A DNA stretch of 63,117 nt, filler included, from Cercozoa sp. M6MM (lineage: Eukaryota; Protista; Endomyxa: Ascetosporea), in the NCBI GenBank assembly GCA_040357565.1. It is 5 parts of 5 records of this genome, joined end to end, with 100 filler letters (N's around TTAATTAATTAA, not from the genome) between each part and the next. Parts side by side here need not be neighbours in the genome. Positions count along the whole stretch, not along the records: positions 1 to 20,713 come from JBDODJ010000196.1; 4 more parts are not named here. The stretch is one strand, 5' to 3'. Position numbers and translations under genes: made by a program. Numbering within the stretch: the first letter of the stretch is position 1; each line of letters begins with the position of its first letter. The notes under the pieces are model-generated. The model saw only the letters and a list, made by a program, of their open reading frames with translations. It searched no databases and had not been told where the DNA came from. Of the stretch, positions 1-13,771 are shown one piece after another.

Positions 1-191
1 TTTTTTTTTTGTCGCATTGATGCAAAGAGTTGATACCACTGAAAACCACAGATAACACCAAACAGCAGTGCACCCGCAGAAAAGGCAACTTTGTCGCTCA
101 CAGAGAGCGCCGGGTTGCTGCTTGCCGAAGCGCCCACATATTCGTGAAATGGCCGCAACTGCCGGCGGCCGAGCTGCACTAAGCGCCTCAT
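1..191 (-). CDS. 5' exon of a gene running off the window start, with a mitochondrial presequence-like N-terminus
   Basis: ATG at 191 gives MRRLVQLGRRQLRPFHEYVGASASSNPALS followed by a GTGAGC donor; Arg-rich start; no recognisable domain. Confidence 0.35.
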   Translation of the reverse strand, partial: MRRLVQLGRRQLRPFHEYVGASASSNPALSVSDKVAFSAGALLFGVICGFQWYQLFASMRQKK

Positions 192-520
192 AAATCGTTG
201 TCTGTCCTTTTTAGGCAATGTTGAGGCTTAAGCGAGACAGAAACTCAATATAGTCCGAAAAGCCCGGAGTTGGGGTCAAAACGGACGTTTCAGTTTTCCG
301 ATTCGCTGATTCGACTTCTTCATTCTGGTACTTTTAGGTCAATCGTTCAGAGGCACAGGGTCCAGTCGACGTCGAAAACTTGAGGCACGAGTTGGAGTTT
401 TAAAGACAGTTTTATTAGTCCATGGGCCGGGCTGGGCTGATTTGTTTTAATTTTGCAGATGTGAATTTTCTACCCCGGTGGTTAATAAATTTACAAAAAA
501 ACTAACACCACATGCATATG

Positions 521-1721
521 TCACCGTCCTTTTTTCTTCGACTTTCCTTTCTTTGCACCCGATTTTGCCTTGCCTTTCTTGCCTTTTTTTCCTTTCTTTC
601 CAGCTTTCTTTCCAAAATGAGAGGCACAAGCGATCAAGAAGTCCTGCATCGTCAGTTTACCGTCGCCATCGGCGTCCAACTTGGCAAAGAAGCCAACAAT
701 CTCGGACCATTTTGCTGGTGGATTGAGGTTGGTTTGCGCATACATGACGCGTCTGATGTCCTCGACTGTAACGATGCCGTCTTCGTCAGCGTCGATGCAG
801 CGAAAAGCGAGTTTGAACTTGCCGAGTTCTTCCGCCGTCAGCATGGCGTTCAGTTCACTGATAAGCTGTTCTTGGTAAACTTCTGCACCTTGCTTGCAAG
901 CTTGCTTGATCTCTTCGCGACTATCCTCGGGAGCACACTCGTAGCACACCTGTCCAGCGCAGTTTTCGAGGTCTATTCGTGCACCTTGAGCAAGAAGCAG
1001 TGCAATGATGTCCATGTGCTTGCGCTGTGTCAGTTTGAGCGGTTGAAACAGACACTTTCACTCCCTGACAAAGTAATTTGCAGTTTACCTCACATGCAAG
1101 ATGCAAGCACGTGTTCTTTCGATTGTTTTGGACATTGGGGTCTGCTCCGTGAGCAATCACGTACTCTGGGAGACAAATTGAACCATGCATACCAGTACTG
1201 GCACGTACGACGTAAATTTAATTCCAGAACAGAGCAGTACCAATGACGTCTTTGTGACCATTCCAAACGCAATGAAAAGGAGAGTGTGAGCCGTTGCTGT
1301 CCCGACGATTCACATACCTACTTGTTGAAGAGTGTGTATGTTGGGACATGCAACACAACGTGAAATTACTCAAAGCGCAGGTGCACGGGAGTGCTCTCGA
1401 TCAACGTTTTCACACCCTCCAGCTACTCACGTATAATTGAATTTCTCTTACAACTCGTTACTCGTACAAATCAGCCTTTCTAAAGGTTTTGAACTTACAT
1501 CACCCGACTTACACAACTTGACTAAGCGATCCTGCGGACTCAGAACCAATTTGCTCGCGGTGCGACTCCGGGAATCACCGTCACCCTGCTGCGATATGCT
1601 CCCTTGCCGTTGCGCGATCGATTCAATAATCGACGGTCTGGAGATAACTTTGAATACCGTATCATATGCATATGAGTAGTGGAATCAATGTCATACTCAC
1701 TGAAATGTACCTCTGCGACAT
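521..1721 (-). CDS. Ankyrin-repeat + EF-hand protein with Lys/Gly-rich C-terminal tail (multi-exon)
   Basis: Spliced translation has GADPNVQNNRKNTCLHLACE and GHMDIIALLLAQGARIDLEN (ankyrin), DADEDGIVTVED and DADGDGKLTMQD (EF-hands), and tail GKKGKKGKKGK; GT-AG introns. Confidence 0.8.
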
Positions 1722-2046
1722 GTAAATTTATTCTGTGAAAGCTGCCGAGAAGTCGAACTGAAAAACCAGGTTTTTGAAACAGAGACTCACTGGATGCTAA
1801 TCCTGCTCGCAACTAACTGCGCGAAGCCAAAACCAGACTGTCGCACCACGAGCGTCTTGTACAAGCGAAGCTTTGGAGATCGGACGCTAAGCTTAAGTTC
1901 AGTTCCGCGCGGAATCCGCCAAAAACAAAAATAGTGTCGAGCTCAACCCTCTGTTTGGGAGTTTAACGCTGCAGGTATTGCTTAGGACAGACGCAGACAC
2001 AACCAGTTCAGTTTTGAGTTAACTGGACGGCATGACACTGCAGCTC

Positions 2047-3650
2047 ATGCCTGCGAGGTGCGTTTCGTGCGACCCTGACCTGACTTGTCAGCGTTGATGA
2101 TTCGTCACGGTGTGATTGTTTTAGTGGTTTTGGGGACCTCAGCGCTGTCAAATCCGTGCTCGCATCAAGTCGAGCATCGTCGAGGCAGTCGCACGGTGAA
2201 GTGGATCGACTCATCATCACTCACAGCAGCAGCGGAAGCGATCTTGACTCAAAAGCAGCAGAAGCACAGCGGAGCGATTTCCGTCCTTCCTCAGTTCCAG
2301 TTCAGCATCAGCAGCATGCAAATTCGAGTTCGGCACTGAGAGCAAGAACTCAAAGCGGCGAGAATGACGCTTCTTCTATCTCAAGTAACTCCTTGCGCGA
2401 TCGAGTGCGTGCGATTCGCAATTACGTCAACAGCATCCAAGATATCGGCATCACAGATGAGTTTGGTGGTGAATTCAGCGATCCGGGCGATGTTTCGCTC
2501 GATCGCTCGTCATTTCGCAGTTTGCAGCAAGCCTCAAGCTCCTTTGATGCATCGATACCTTCGCTCGACTTCGACCCTCTCACGCAAGACCTCGATCTGT
2601 CAGGAAGCGAGCACGTTGTGTTTGAGCATGAATTAGGTGACAACAGTAGCAGCAGTTTCGGAACGCCAAGTTTCCACTTGCAACAGACTGTCGAAGAAAT
2701 GGAGCAACAGATGCAATTGAGCCAAGTTGACAACAGTGGGCTAACTGGTGCCTCCTCGGCCAGTATCGATGCGTTGCTCAACTGCTTCGACCCTGCGACA
2801 GGAATCGTGTGCAATCGTCTTTCACCGATCGATGAAACAAATGACACGTTTTCCACCGAAACCGAGTCGAAGAAAAGTTCCACTCAGACTCCAGTTGCTT
2901 CTGTTGCTTCTGTTTCACAGTCGGCGCAAACTGACGCACCAAAGTGCAAGGAAGTCTGTTTTGCCAACGCGACTGCACAAACGCAACTGCAAGGCAGGAG
3001 GGCACAACGCGCCGTCGAGCTCGCCAGTGTTGAGCACGTCAGTGCGAGCGTGAGCGCCACACCTTCTCTCATCTCAATAGGAACACAATCGGACGATCCC
3101 GAAGTGCAAGCACAAGAGTGCAACGTTGAGACCAGTGAATTCGCTTGCCAGGCGCAATTTGAAGCTGCCACGTCGAGCAGTTCTGCCCAAACTGACGCCG
3201 AACCAGGTTTGTTAAACCGACTCAACTGAAGCCAGCTTTTATGGACATGTCCCGGTATTTGAACCATGTGTTCTTAGTGAAAGAGGTCGAGGTTTTCTCT
3301 CGAGAGACACAAACGCTGGCTGAAAGCGAGCTTTTTGTTGCAGTTCCACAAACTGTTGACGATTGGGCGGGTCTTTTGCATCAACTCGCCGACGCTTCTG
3401 TTCGTTTCTCCGATGACCGCATTTTGCAACTCCTCATTGCAAGAACGTGCTTTTTGCGCTCGTTATCTACTGATGCTTGCGACCGAACGCCCCAAGGCTC
3501 AACTTGATAATCACCCCATTAAAAATTAAACTAAATTTAAGTTACTGTCTGGGTTCAGCATGTAAGCCGTCCGGCCCGATCCGTCCGCTGGGAACCTTGC
3601 CAACACTGACTGAGAAGTGCCGGATACGACTCAAACGAACGCAGGGCTGA
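2047..3650 (+). CDS. Ser-rich low-complexity hypothetical protein
   Basis: Two short 5' exons (MPASVDDSSR) splice in frame into the long ORF 2156-3229; further exons near 3280-3440 and 3560-3650; 3' end approximate. Confidence 0.55.
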
Positions 3651-3809
3651 TGATCGACAGTAACTTTACTTGGAGTCCTCAAATAACCGTGTGCTAAGAC
3701 GTGAATCCGAATCGTCACGCCGAAAAGTGCACGCCGAAATTGACTCACTGGCAGTTTTGGAAAGTCGAGTGCGATATGATGAGCTAACTGTAGATGCAAC
3801 GGTCTTAAC

Positions 3810-6013
3810 ATGCTACAAAGCGTGCTAGTGCTATGCCTTTTGGGACTCCGCCATGCAGTGCACGCAAGCAGCTCGAGTGATGAGGGAGCCACAGAAAGCA
3901 GCATTCAACCTGTCACGGTAAACAACCCTACGTACTGTTTGGGGTGCTTTCGAAATTTTGTGGCAGTGACTCGTCTTTTGAATGTAGTTGCAATGCGTCG
4001 CGCAATCGTCAGACTGGAAGAGTAACCTCATCTTCTTTGGCTCTGCCGTTTCTGTTGCCTTTTGGAACGTCGGCTTGGTACCTTGAAACTGCACGGTAAT
4101 TTCAAACAGCTGACTGAGAGATGAGACTTTTTCTGCTAACAGTTAAACGGCTGGGTAAACAAAGACAGTGCGTACGTGCAAGCAGCGCACACATTCTCCT
4201 GGGGCGGAGCTGTAAGCTGCTTTCGGTTGCCAGTTTTAAGTTGACATCATCATAGTTGAAAACGAAACCTGCCTCTGCCTGTGTGTCAGTTTGCACCGTG
4301 GGGAGCTGAACTCGTTTCATCACGCTTCAACAAACGACCGGTACCATACTTGAAGCAAATTTTGGTGTTTGTGTTGCTTAAAGCGAAAGGTTGTTGCGAA
4401 ACTCAGTCATATCTGGGTGCTGGGTGGCCATGGTTCGGCATCTTTCTGACTCGCAGACACTACGTTCTGCAGTTCATGCCCACGACGTATCTTTGCTCCC
4501 CCAGCAGCGTCTATGATTACTAAGTGTCATTGGTGTTGTTCAGTCACTCGCCTTGGCACATAAACGCCGATGTCGAAACGGACAGTGACGTGCTATGGTA
4601 CGAAAATGGCGGCAGGTGCAGCCAGTGTACTGGACGAACGAAACCGGTTCCTCTGTTCTTCTTCTGGATCTCAGTACCCCCAGTATTCGTTGTTGTGTTG
4701 TATAGATCAAGAAGTCACAACTTTCCATGGCAGAAAAGTAAACTGAATTGCAGTTAGGCTGAAACTGAGTTGACCGGTATGTGTTAGGTATAATTCCGAC
4801 AATATCTTGCGACTGTGTCCGGAGTATTTGAGTCACACCGAGTACCGCGATCAGTGGGGCAACTGTAAGTTCAGTTTGTAATCATCTTTCGTGACCTTAG
4901 ACCTTTTGTGTTCTTTAGATCTGGTTCAGTTCGGAAGAGGCTCGACTTCGGTGTACTCAATGACTTGTGCTCTCGGGGACGAACTCTTGGTGCGCACGAC
5001 TGGACAGCTGCCTGGTACAGTGTTGGTCTCTGTGTACACTGTCCACTGTACTCATTGCGCCGCAGGAGCGAGTTGGAACGCCGGTGCTCGGCACGAGTGG
5101 TGGCAGATCTTCCTCGATCACATCACCGACAACAGCAGGCAATGCGAGGAAGCACTCAAGAAGAAAGAGGACGATACTGCGGGTGTCAAAACAACTCTAA
5201 GTTATCAGTATGACAATAATGAAAGAAGCTCCTTATTGTAGCACAAGCAACCGGGAATGGCAAAGGAGACGACAGTGCTGTCGCCACGGCAAAAGTTCAC
5301 AACCCGATCACTATCAATATCGGTGCCGACGGTTTTCGGTATTAGTACTTTTGTACTCATACTGTGCTAGTTTGTATGCTATCAGTACGCAGAAAGGCGA
5401 GTCGTAAACAAGCGACACACTCCGACATCGATGACGATGCCGAAGAAAACGAAGCCGAGGAATCCTACGAAGAGGAAGATGAAGAACATGATGGAGAGAA
5501 AGTGCCCTTGCGACGACAGGCAAGACGTGCCATGCTACGAGCTTCGCGCAACGAAATACGCCAACAACGGTTGCTTTCAAGTTTCAAAGCAGAGGTCAAT
5601 CATTCATAAACTTACTGTTGCTGACTCATTTTAGGCACGAGGTTTCGAGAGCTAGACGAAGTGCGCATAAACGCCGTCATCGCAGGAAGCAAGAAACGCA
5701 CACAGGTGCCAACGCGATGCGCCAAGTCACACAGGCTTTGATGCAAACTCGGCAGGACGACTACCTGGTAAATAATCAATCGTACAGCTCCTTCGTACTA
5801 CGACACACAACTGGAACAATGTGTGTAAATTTAGGTGGATCCTGTGCAACCAAGTCCCCGAGAAGTCGCGCTGCAGCGAACACAATCGAAGCACCGACAG
5901 AAAAGACGACAAACACCGCGTCCTGCCGCGCCTGGACCCGCTCCACTCCCAACACCATCACGCGACCTGCCTGCTGCTTCCGACTTCCTCGTTGATTCGC
6001 AGCTGCCTGTTTA
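3810..6013 (+). CDS. Hypothetical protein with predicted signal peptide and acidic/basic C-terminal region (multi-exon)
   Basis: MLQSVLVLCLLGLRHAVHA start; protein-like exons between GT-AG introns; acidic tract DDDAEENEAEESYEEEDEE; last exon ends ...DSQLPV-TAG. Confidence 0.5.
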
Positions 6014-6071
6014 GCGGCTTCTGTTGTAGACGCTGGATCCTAGTCGTTTGGTGTTTCATCAAAATTGAAAC

Positions 6072-8344
6072 ATGGAACACAGGAAACGGGCAATGGTCTT
6101 CTTCGAGACTTGCAGTTTAAACCTTTAGACGTGTCCATCTGCTGTGAGATGCATCTTACAAGCGATCAAGCGGGTCATTTAGCAAGTTTGGGAGCCGAGA
6201 GCGAGTCGAGGCGATCCTGTGCGCGAAGACAGCTTGCGTCAGAACTCGCGTTTCGATTGCGGTTGCAGGCTGCGCGAGACCTGCTGACGGAGCACGACAC
6301 AGTGTTTGATGAATTGACTTCTTTGTTACCGTGTCTCATGGTTGTGCTCATTGCAGAGGTGAGGCATATCCAAAAAAGCGTTTGACTTTTTGTCCCATCG
6401 CCTTTTTGATCAGGATGCGGAGAGTGCAGTCGACTGCGAAAGGTCCTTGTTCGCATTGAAAGAGAAAACTTATGGGATTTCACACAAACTCATTCGTCTT
6501 GCTGAAAGTAAATCCAGTTTTTTTTTTTAAATCCAAAACCTTCGGCTGGATTGTATATTTATGACTGCAGATGGAGAGTCACGAGCGAATCTCGATGTCT
6601 CGGTTGTCTGCGCAATGTCGACTGTGTTCCTGGCTTTGATACAGCTGAGAAGAGGGCAATACTTTCGTGCGGCTTCGAAACTACGTTGTACTTTATTTTT
6701 GTACGCTATAGGTTCTATTGAACTAATCCTCGTCAGTGGAATGTTTGTGTGACAGCTGCGTGGTTGCTGGCCTCCAAGATCGAACAGTTGCTTGTGCGAA
6801 ATCGAGCCGAAGTGGTCGAAACAAAGAACGAGCTCCTTGTGCTACTCGGTGGCTTTCGTTTCTTCTGCTCTCTTGTTCCTCGTAAGTTCGGCTGGCTGCT
6901 GAAACTCCTGGCGCGAATCAGCATCCAAGAAGGACACTACGGTCAAGCGCAACTTGCGCGTGCACAACGATCTCCTCTTGCGCGTTTGCTCACGTTCTGG
7001 CGTGTTGCCAACTTCCAAGAGGATGGTACTATATTTGAGTTTTCTTCAGTCTCCAATATGTGTTCCATTATTTCTTGCAGAAGAAACAGCGCAAGTGCTG
7101 CTGGAAGAGTGGAGACCCTTCTTTGACCTAAGTCCACTTATGAGTCAATTCGTTTTTGACGAAGTCAAAGAGATTGACGAAGAAAACAACGAGGGTCCTC
7201 TGTTGATGTATTTGCATGGCTATTGCTTGCGCAATGCTGGCAAAGTCGATGCTGCCAAGTCGTGCTTTCGCGAAGCTTTCACAAGGACAGCGGAACTGCC
7301 GATGATGCAGCTCATGTGTCAATACGAAATGGCTCATTGCGATTTGTTGCTCGGTGAATTTGAGTCTGCAGCTCATGGACTTGCCGAGTTTCTGGCCGAA
7401 TTCAATCGTCCCTCGTTTCGTGCTTTCGCTCAGTACCAACTGGGCCAGTGTTTGGCTCTGCTCAATCGACAAAACGAGGCGAAAGCTGCAATGTCCGCGG
7501 TCCAGGATCTCGTGCGACCACACTTCTCTTTCGATGAAGGTACGAAACAAAAACTGCCGCTAACATGAACAGTAGTTAAGTTAAAGCTGTGTCTACAGCT
7601 GCGGCAGTGATGGCGGAAGATTACGTGAGAAACACGTATTCTGCAGCTCGACTCTGCTTGCTTCGCTTTTCTCTTGCAGGTACTGCAATCTCTTTCTGTA
7701 TATCTACAGAAGGATTTCAGATTGAAAGCTGGGCATTCTAGTCGAGGCCCGAAGTATTCAAAGAGCGCTCGTTGAAGAAGCAGTGTTGGAAAGTGTATGC
7801 AAAGAAGCCGGTGAATTCGATGAGTTCGATGCAAAGTTCGCCGAATATTTGCGCTGCGAGTTGAAACTGATGCAAACCGATGGATTGGAAGCATCCAGAG
7901 TCACTCCGGAGGCAAGTGCTGCACTCGAGTTGCTGGACCTGCTTTCTGTTGCCACGATGAAACGTCACTCTCATGTTCCGGTACAGTTGCTTAGCTTGGT
8001 ATTTCTAGAATGTAGTAATGTATTTCAAGTGTACTGTAGAAACTTGCTCGTCTCAGACACGCAGAGTTTTACTTGCAGCACTCGATTCCACTGAGCGAGT
8101 CGATTCGGAAACGACTTCGACAACTGGTACAGTTCACGGGGCTTATTTCTTGTTGTCCTACGATGTATGTGTTGTGTACTCAACGTAGATACACCGAGAT
8201 GAAGGACCGTTCGGCAAGTCTCTTGCACGCAAAGCGAAACTGTTACTGCAACGAGATGAACAAAGAGCCGCAACACAAAACGCCGATGTGTCGTTGCTCG
8301 TGCTCGATGATGACGCCCTCCGGGAACGCGCGCTTTTCTATTAG
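6072..8344 (+). CDS. TTC39/Iml2-family TPR protein
   Basis: GGFRFFCSLVPRKFGWLLKLL and LLMYLHG...LMCQYEMAHCDLLLGEFESA...RAFAQYQLGQC match the TTC39/Iml2 pattern; start codon uncertain. Confidence 0.7.
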
Positions 8345-8606
8345 CTTGTAGGACCCAGCGGGGTTCTGGTTGACGTGCTGTCAGCTTCAATCATTTAGTT
8401 CTGAGCACTGCAAGGTTTTGAGAATAATTCTTTGAGATTTTTTGAGTTTAATTCTCGTTGTCAGTAGATTAGTGAAGCGAGCAGCGTCGCGGCGTGCTTG
8501 CAGTGCATAGTGAGTGCAGTAAGGCCCGTAGGTCCGATTGGGCACGTGCGTGCCGAGTTCACAATCCTGGGAGCGAAACTCGAGCTTTTTGCAAAAGCCA
8601 GTCGCC

Positions 8607-11600
8607 ATGGTGAGCGCGAGTCACGTGATCTTTGTGGTTCTCACGTCGCTTGCCACCGTGGGCGTCGCACTCGCTATGGTAAGAACGCTTTCCTTTTTAA
8701 ATCAACTGGGTCAACCAAAGTCAAGTCAAGTCAAGTCACAACTGGAGTGAATTTTGTGTGCGTAGTGGCGCAAGTTTTCGCAACCGCGAATGAACCCACT
8801 GGTGGCACTAGTCGTACTGGTCTCATGGGTCGCCTCATTTTCCATCGTCTTTGCCTTGGTACAGTCGTGCTGTTTGTATGAGATTAATTTATGATCTCAA
8901 GATTTTTCGTATTTTCCCAGCCGCTGGACATTGTGGTCGAGCGAGATCGGCACGACACGCGCTCGGCACTTGAAGGAATCGTTGCGACTGTTTACTACTC
9001 GGCTATGGTACCTGTGAGAACAAGTGTGACTGAATGCAATCTGACTGATTGATTGAATGCAATACTGGCTGATTGATTGAATGCACTACTTGCGATGATG
9101 TGTATAGGTGTTCACATGGCTCGTGATTCCCTTCATGCAAGGCTACGCCATGAGTGGCCATTTTTCTCCTGCTGTACCAAAACAGTTTTTCTCCTTTGTC
9201 AAATCATTTAGAGATGTGTTTACTGCAGGCCAAAGCAAAGGACAGTCTGCGTTTTAACTTGATTTTCTACGGCGTGATTGGCTTGCTGGCCATTGGTGCC
9301 GTGCTGTACCTCGGACTGTCGAAAGCGACCAGTTGGGACAACATGGTGTACCTCGCACTTTCATCTTTTTCGGCTTTCTTTTGTATTCTTTTTTCATCCT
9401 TTCAGGCCGTACTTGATGTCGCTTGCCAACACCTGGGGTCTCCGTACGTTTGCCTTTTTACATTTCAGTGTTTGTTTCCAAAAACTCCGCTCTGCCCTTC
9501 AGTCATGATGGTGCTGCTGCTTGGCTACGGACTGATCGAAGTGCCGCGTGGCTTGTGGCACAAGGGACATGCGAAACGTCGTCTGCAAGTATCATTCATC
9601 CAGTGTCAAGCGTATGTGTAACAAGAGCGCTGCTGTGTAGCTTTTGTACTACCGCATCGGACTCAAGGCGGAAGACAAAGCAGAGGTGCGTATTTTTTGA
9701 TAATTTCAATCTGCAATTCAAATTCTTTCATCGAATAAAAGCACTTGCTTGTTTGGTCTGAGATCATTGTATGACAACTTTTGAAAAATATAGAGTGTGT
9801 TTGAAATACCCAGGCGCGAGAGAGACTTCGCGACTGCCAACGAATGGTCAATCGCGCCGCCGATCGGTGCGAAACTTTTAAATGTGGTGCTCTTTTTCGC
9901 TTCTTATTCGCTTGTATTGTTGGTGGCAGGGCTTCAAGCGACCTCAGTCCTTACATCTCGCGAATCCAGCTGCGACTTGATCTGGCTAAGGTACTTTGCT
10001 TTGTTGTTTCTGCGAAATGAATGTCACTGCGTTGAGACAGGACTCCAGCGAGAAACGAACGCGTCGGCCTCACGTTTTCGATTCGGTGAGCTCGCGCAAC
10101 TTGACTGAAATCAAGTTTCAGAATTAAATTTCACCTTGCAGAAACTGAGTGATCGGATTGATCGTGCTGACGTCGACGTCGACCTGCTTGCAGAGTACAT
10201 AGGCTTCCTTTTAGAAATCTGAGTTTTTAACTTTTAATTTAGTTTGCATGTTCGCGTCCGCGCGGATGTTTTGCAAAGTGCGCGTTGCGAGGAGGAGGTG
10301 CGGAACACACTGGATGAAATAACGTTGTTGGAAGCTACAGAGGCCGATGAGCGTACTGTCTAATTTAATTTGGAAATTGTTTGCGTTTGGCTGTTGAGTT
10401 TTTCATTTTTCATTTTTTGTGAACTTAGATCACAAAAAGAAACGCATTCGAACGGCGTTGTTTCGCATCGGCGCAGTACTGTGCGCGCTCATGTCGCTGA
10501 TTGTATTGTGGTGCGAGGCGACACTGGCTGCACCCGTGTTATCGGTATTTTCTCTGGCTTACTTGTAAAGTTTTGCCTTTGTCTTTGAAGAAGAGAGTTT
10601 GAATTGGAACATAGCCACTTCGAGCATTCTTCAAAGCACTCGGAACTGACGCAACATTATGGTTTACAACGTTGCCACTCGGCTACGTCATGTACTAGCG
10701 CTCTGTTTCTTTTATTATTGTTAGGATCTTTTGCATGTGAATTTTGAACGAAAAAGGCTTTGCGCACTTTACTCGCTTCGCCGACTGCGCATTGCAGGTG
10801 CGGCCTTTTCCTTCTTCGGTTGTTCGCTGATGATTGTGGGGTGTTTTGCTTTCAGAATTGTACTACATGCACGCACACAAGGGCACGGACGCCAACTCGC
10901 TATTGTTGAATGCGGGTACTTTTGTGTGTCTTCCTGTTTGGACACTTTTTACTGTGGCTGCTTGTAAAAAAAGGTTACACACTGCGTGTGGTGTTTCCGC
11001 TTGGTTTCAACTTCCTGCTGATGATGTTGGGTACTGCCTTTAACCTTCTGCTGATTTCTGTGTTGTTGATCTTGTATCATTCAGACGATGTGGACGCGTC
11101 GGATCGTTCGGCTTTTGTGAACGTGGTTGGCAAGTACCGCACGATCCCTCTGCTGGGCCAGCTGGATATCTGGCTTCCCTTGGTGACGCTACTGTTCTGC
11201 GCGGCCACTTTCTTCAACGTGTTCGGTCGTCTTCTGCGAGCACTCAAGGTGACACAGTTCGTCTACTCCAACAACGATGAGGACGCTCGCCGCTCCAGGT
11301 AGCGAAGAGTTGACTTCTTGTCTCAGAGAAAGGAAAGCTATTTGGGCTGCTGTGCTGTTTTAGTGATCGTCTAGTGGCTGATGGAAAACTCGTCGTGCGT
11401 CGTTTGCGCGCGCGTCAGCGAGTGTACCCTGCTTTCTGTTTTCGTTCTTGAACAGAGGATTGTTTCTTTTGACAGTGGTCGAGCGCAAGGCGAAATTTCC
11501 GACCGCGACTTCAGTCGGTACGAGTGTTTTGTGTTGCTTGATGCAGTTCCTTTACTTTCTTGACCCTTTCTAGTAGCCGTGAACGGCAGTTGCAGCGCGA

Positions 11601-11767
11601 AGCGCTTGTGCCAACGCGACCGCAGAACGACGCGGCCCCAACCGGTAGTGCTGGTCCGAGGACAGAATTGAGTGATGTGATGGTTTGATTTGTGCACAGC
11701 GACGCGTCCGATGCAGCGTTTTACCGACGCTGATGACTATGACTTCTCGATGGATGGGCTCATTTGA
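8607..11767 (+). CDS. LMBRD2: LMBR1-domain membrane protein (LMBRD2-like)
   Basis: PLDI...FTWLVIPFMQGYAMSGHF...DSLRFNLIFY...LMSLANTWGL...LLLGYGLIEVPRGLW and C-terminal CAATFFNVFGRLL; many short introns. Confidence 0.85.
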
Positions 11768-11895
11768 AGCACGCGACGCGTAGCGACCGGGCGAAGGGAA
11801 ACAGTCGCGTGATGCATTTTTGTTCGCTCCCGTCCACGTTTCTGAAGTTACGTAAACAGTATGCTAAAATGATCACGCGATTCCAATTCAGTCGG

Positions 11896-13414
11896 GGAGC
11901 TTTTTCATAAGCGAATTAAAAACACCATTTAAAAACGCGTTTTTTATTAATTAAAAACACGTGTTTAATTCGAATTAAAAAACACCGCGGTCTAAATCGA
12001 CTTAGGGCTCAGAAAACGTTTTCATGTACATAACTACAACAAGCATGGGCGTCTGGACGGTTTAGAACACGTCAGTCTTGACTTAGGCGATCGGCCAGTT
12101 TCATGAGCTGCAGGCTGCAAAACGGATATCTGACCGCGACTCACCGGCCAGAATCATACACCAGTTGCGACTGTGCCGAAAGATTCGCCGAAACGTGCTG
12201 CATGTGGGCCGACTGCCGGTCCATGTGCGAGATGAGCTTCTCGTTCTACACAAGCAAGCACCAGGAAATCCTACCAGTGGCGTTGCTCGGCCATCTAACC
12301 GTATGTACAGAGAGTTAGAGTTTACCAGGACCCGCTTTGAATATCAGTACCGACTCAAGGATAGCCGAGTTATCGCGAGACTCACCGAAGACACTCGAAA
12401 CGACTGTGGTGGACTGATAAAATGAATAAAGGCACACAAAGAAGATCTGTACGCTTCTCCTGCGAGCGTGCCAAAGTCTCACCCAGCTGTCACACAAGAA
12501 AACCAAGTGCCAGAGACTAACGGTGAGTAGGCAGAACGGATGTACCCAGGTTGTTGAGGCTGTTGCGGTGCCGACTATCGCATCGTCCTCCTTGTTTTAT
12601 CGGCACAGCTCGGTGTCAAGGGCCTTGGCAAGCTCCTATGCAGGCAAGTCACAGTCAAGACGGGCGAAGGCAAGTCACAGTCAAGACGGGCGAAAGGATA
12701 GGAAAGTGGAACTCACGCCTCCGAATATTTTCTCAGCCGTGTGGTCGGGGCGCGAGACGGAACGCTTCGAACGTCTCGTATTTGCCTCGACACGCACTAA
12801 GCACACCAGCGATGTACGAGAGGGCAACCATGCAACCACGGGCCTCTCGTGCTAGCATGGGCTCACCTGATTCGATACAGGAAACCGAGCCGTAGCTGAA
12901 AAGTGACGGACTCTGTTTTTCAAGCCGAAAATGCTACTGGTGTAAGCACGCTAAATCGCGGATTTTGGCGTACCAAGAGACTCTAACAGAACAGTCCACC
13001 AGTGAACCAGCGACAAAAACGTTAAAAAATCAAAGACCGACGTATTTTGTAGAAAAAGTTCTTGCATAGTTTGTCTTATTAGATATCCTGACGGCAACAG
13101 TAACAAAACACTGCTTCACACCTTTGGGCGTGTTTAAACTACGTATCGTTCACCTTTTTGGGCGTGTTTTTATTCTATGGGCCCAACGACGAAGATATCA
13201 TTTTAAAACACCGCCAAACCGACCGTGGCCTCAAAACAAAACGGCCCAAATGCAGGTATTGCATTGCCTTTGAGGGCCGAAACTTACGCAGATACGTGCA
13301 AAAGTGCTGAATTTATTTTGGCACGAGTCTTAGATCCCCAGCGTGCGTCTACAATTAAACACACCGACCGGGTGAATTAAAAACAGTGTTTTTAATTGCT
13401 TATGAAAAAGCTCC
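11896..13414. mobile_element. Non-autonomous TIR DNA transposon (~1.5 kb), possibly PIF/Harbinger-like
   Basis: TIRs GGAGCTTTTTCATAAGC(G)AATTAAAAACAC at 11896-11925 and the reverse complement at 13386-13414; CGG on both flanks; subterminal AATTAAAAACAC-like repeats; no intact transposase ORF. Confidence 0.8.
12642..12693 (+). repeat. 26-bp tandem duplication inside the TIR element
   Basis: GGCAAGTCACAGTCAAGACGGGCGAA x2. Confidence 0.85.
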
Positions 13415-13771
13415 CGGGTGACTGACTGACAGCACAGTTAAGTTGCAGTAGCTATGCATCACAGCATGGTAGAAAGACTCACGTGCAGTAAATTACTGTG
13501 GCTACTGTACAATGCCGTGGCCAGTTCGAGTTGTGACAGTTTTCCACTGATGTCTGATCCATCATGAACAGCTCGAGAGGTGCGTTTCTTGATCGGATGG
13601 GCTTGCAAGTGAAGCAACTGAGTTTAAATTTCAAATACAGTAGTCATAGCGATCCGGCAGCGCAGGAATATCACTGTCCTAGTAGGTAGTGCGACTCAAT
13701 TGGGTGCGCTCAGCTCAGGGTGTTGCGATTGCGACTTGCGAAAAAAATCACTTCGCTTTGCCAGATAAAAC

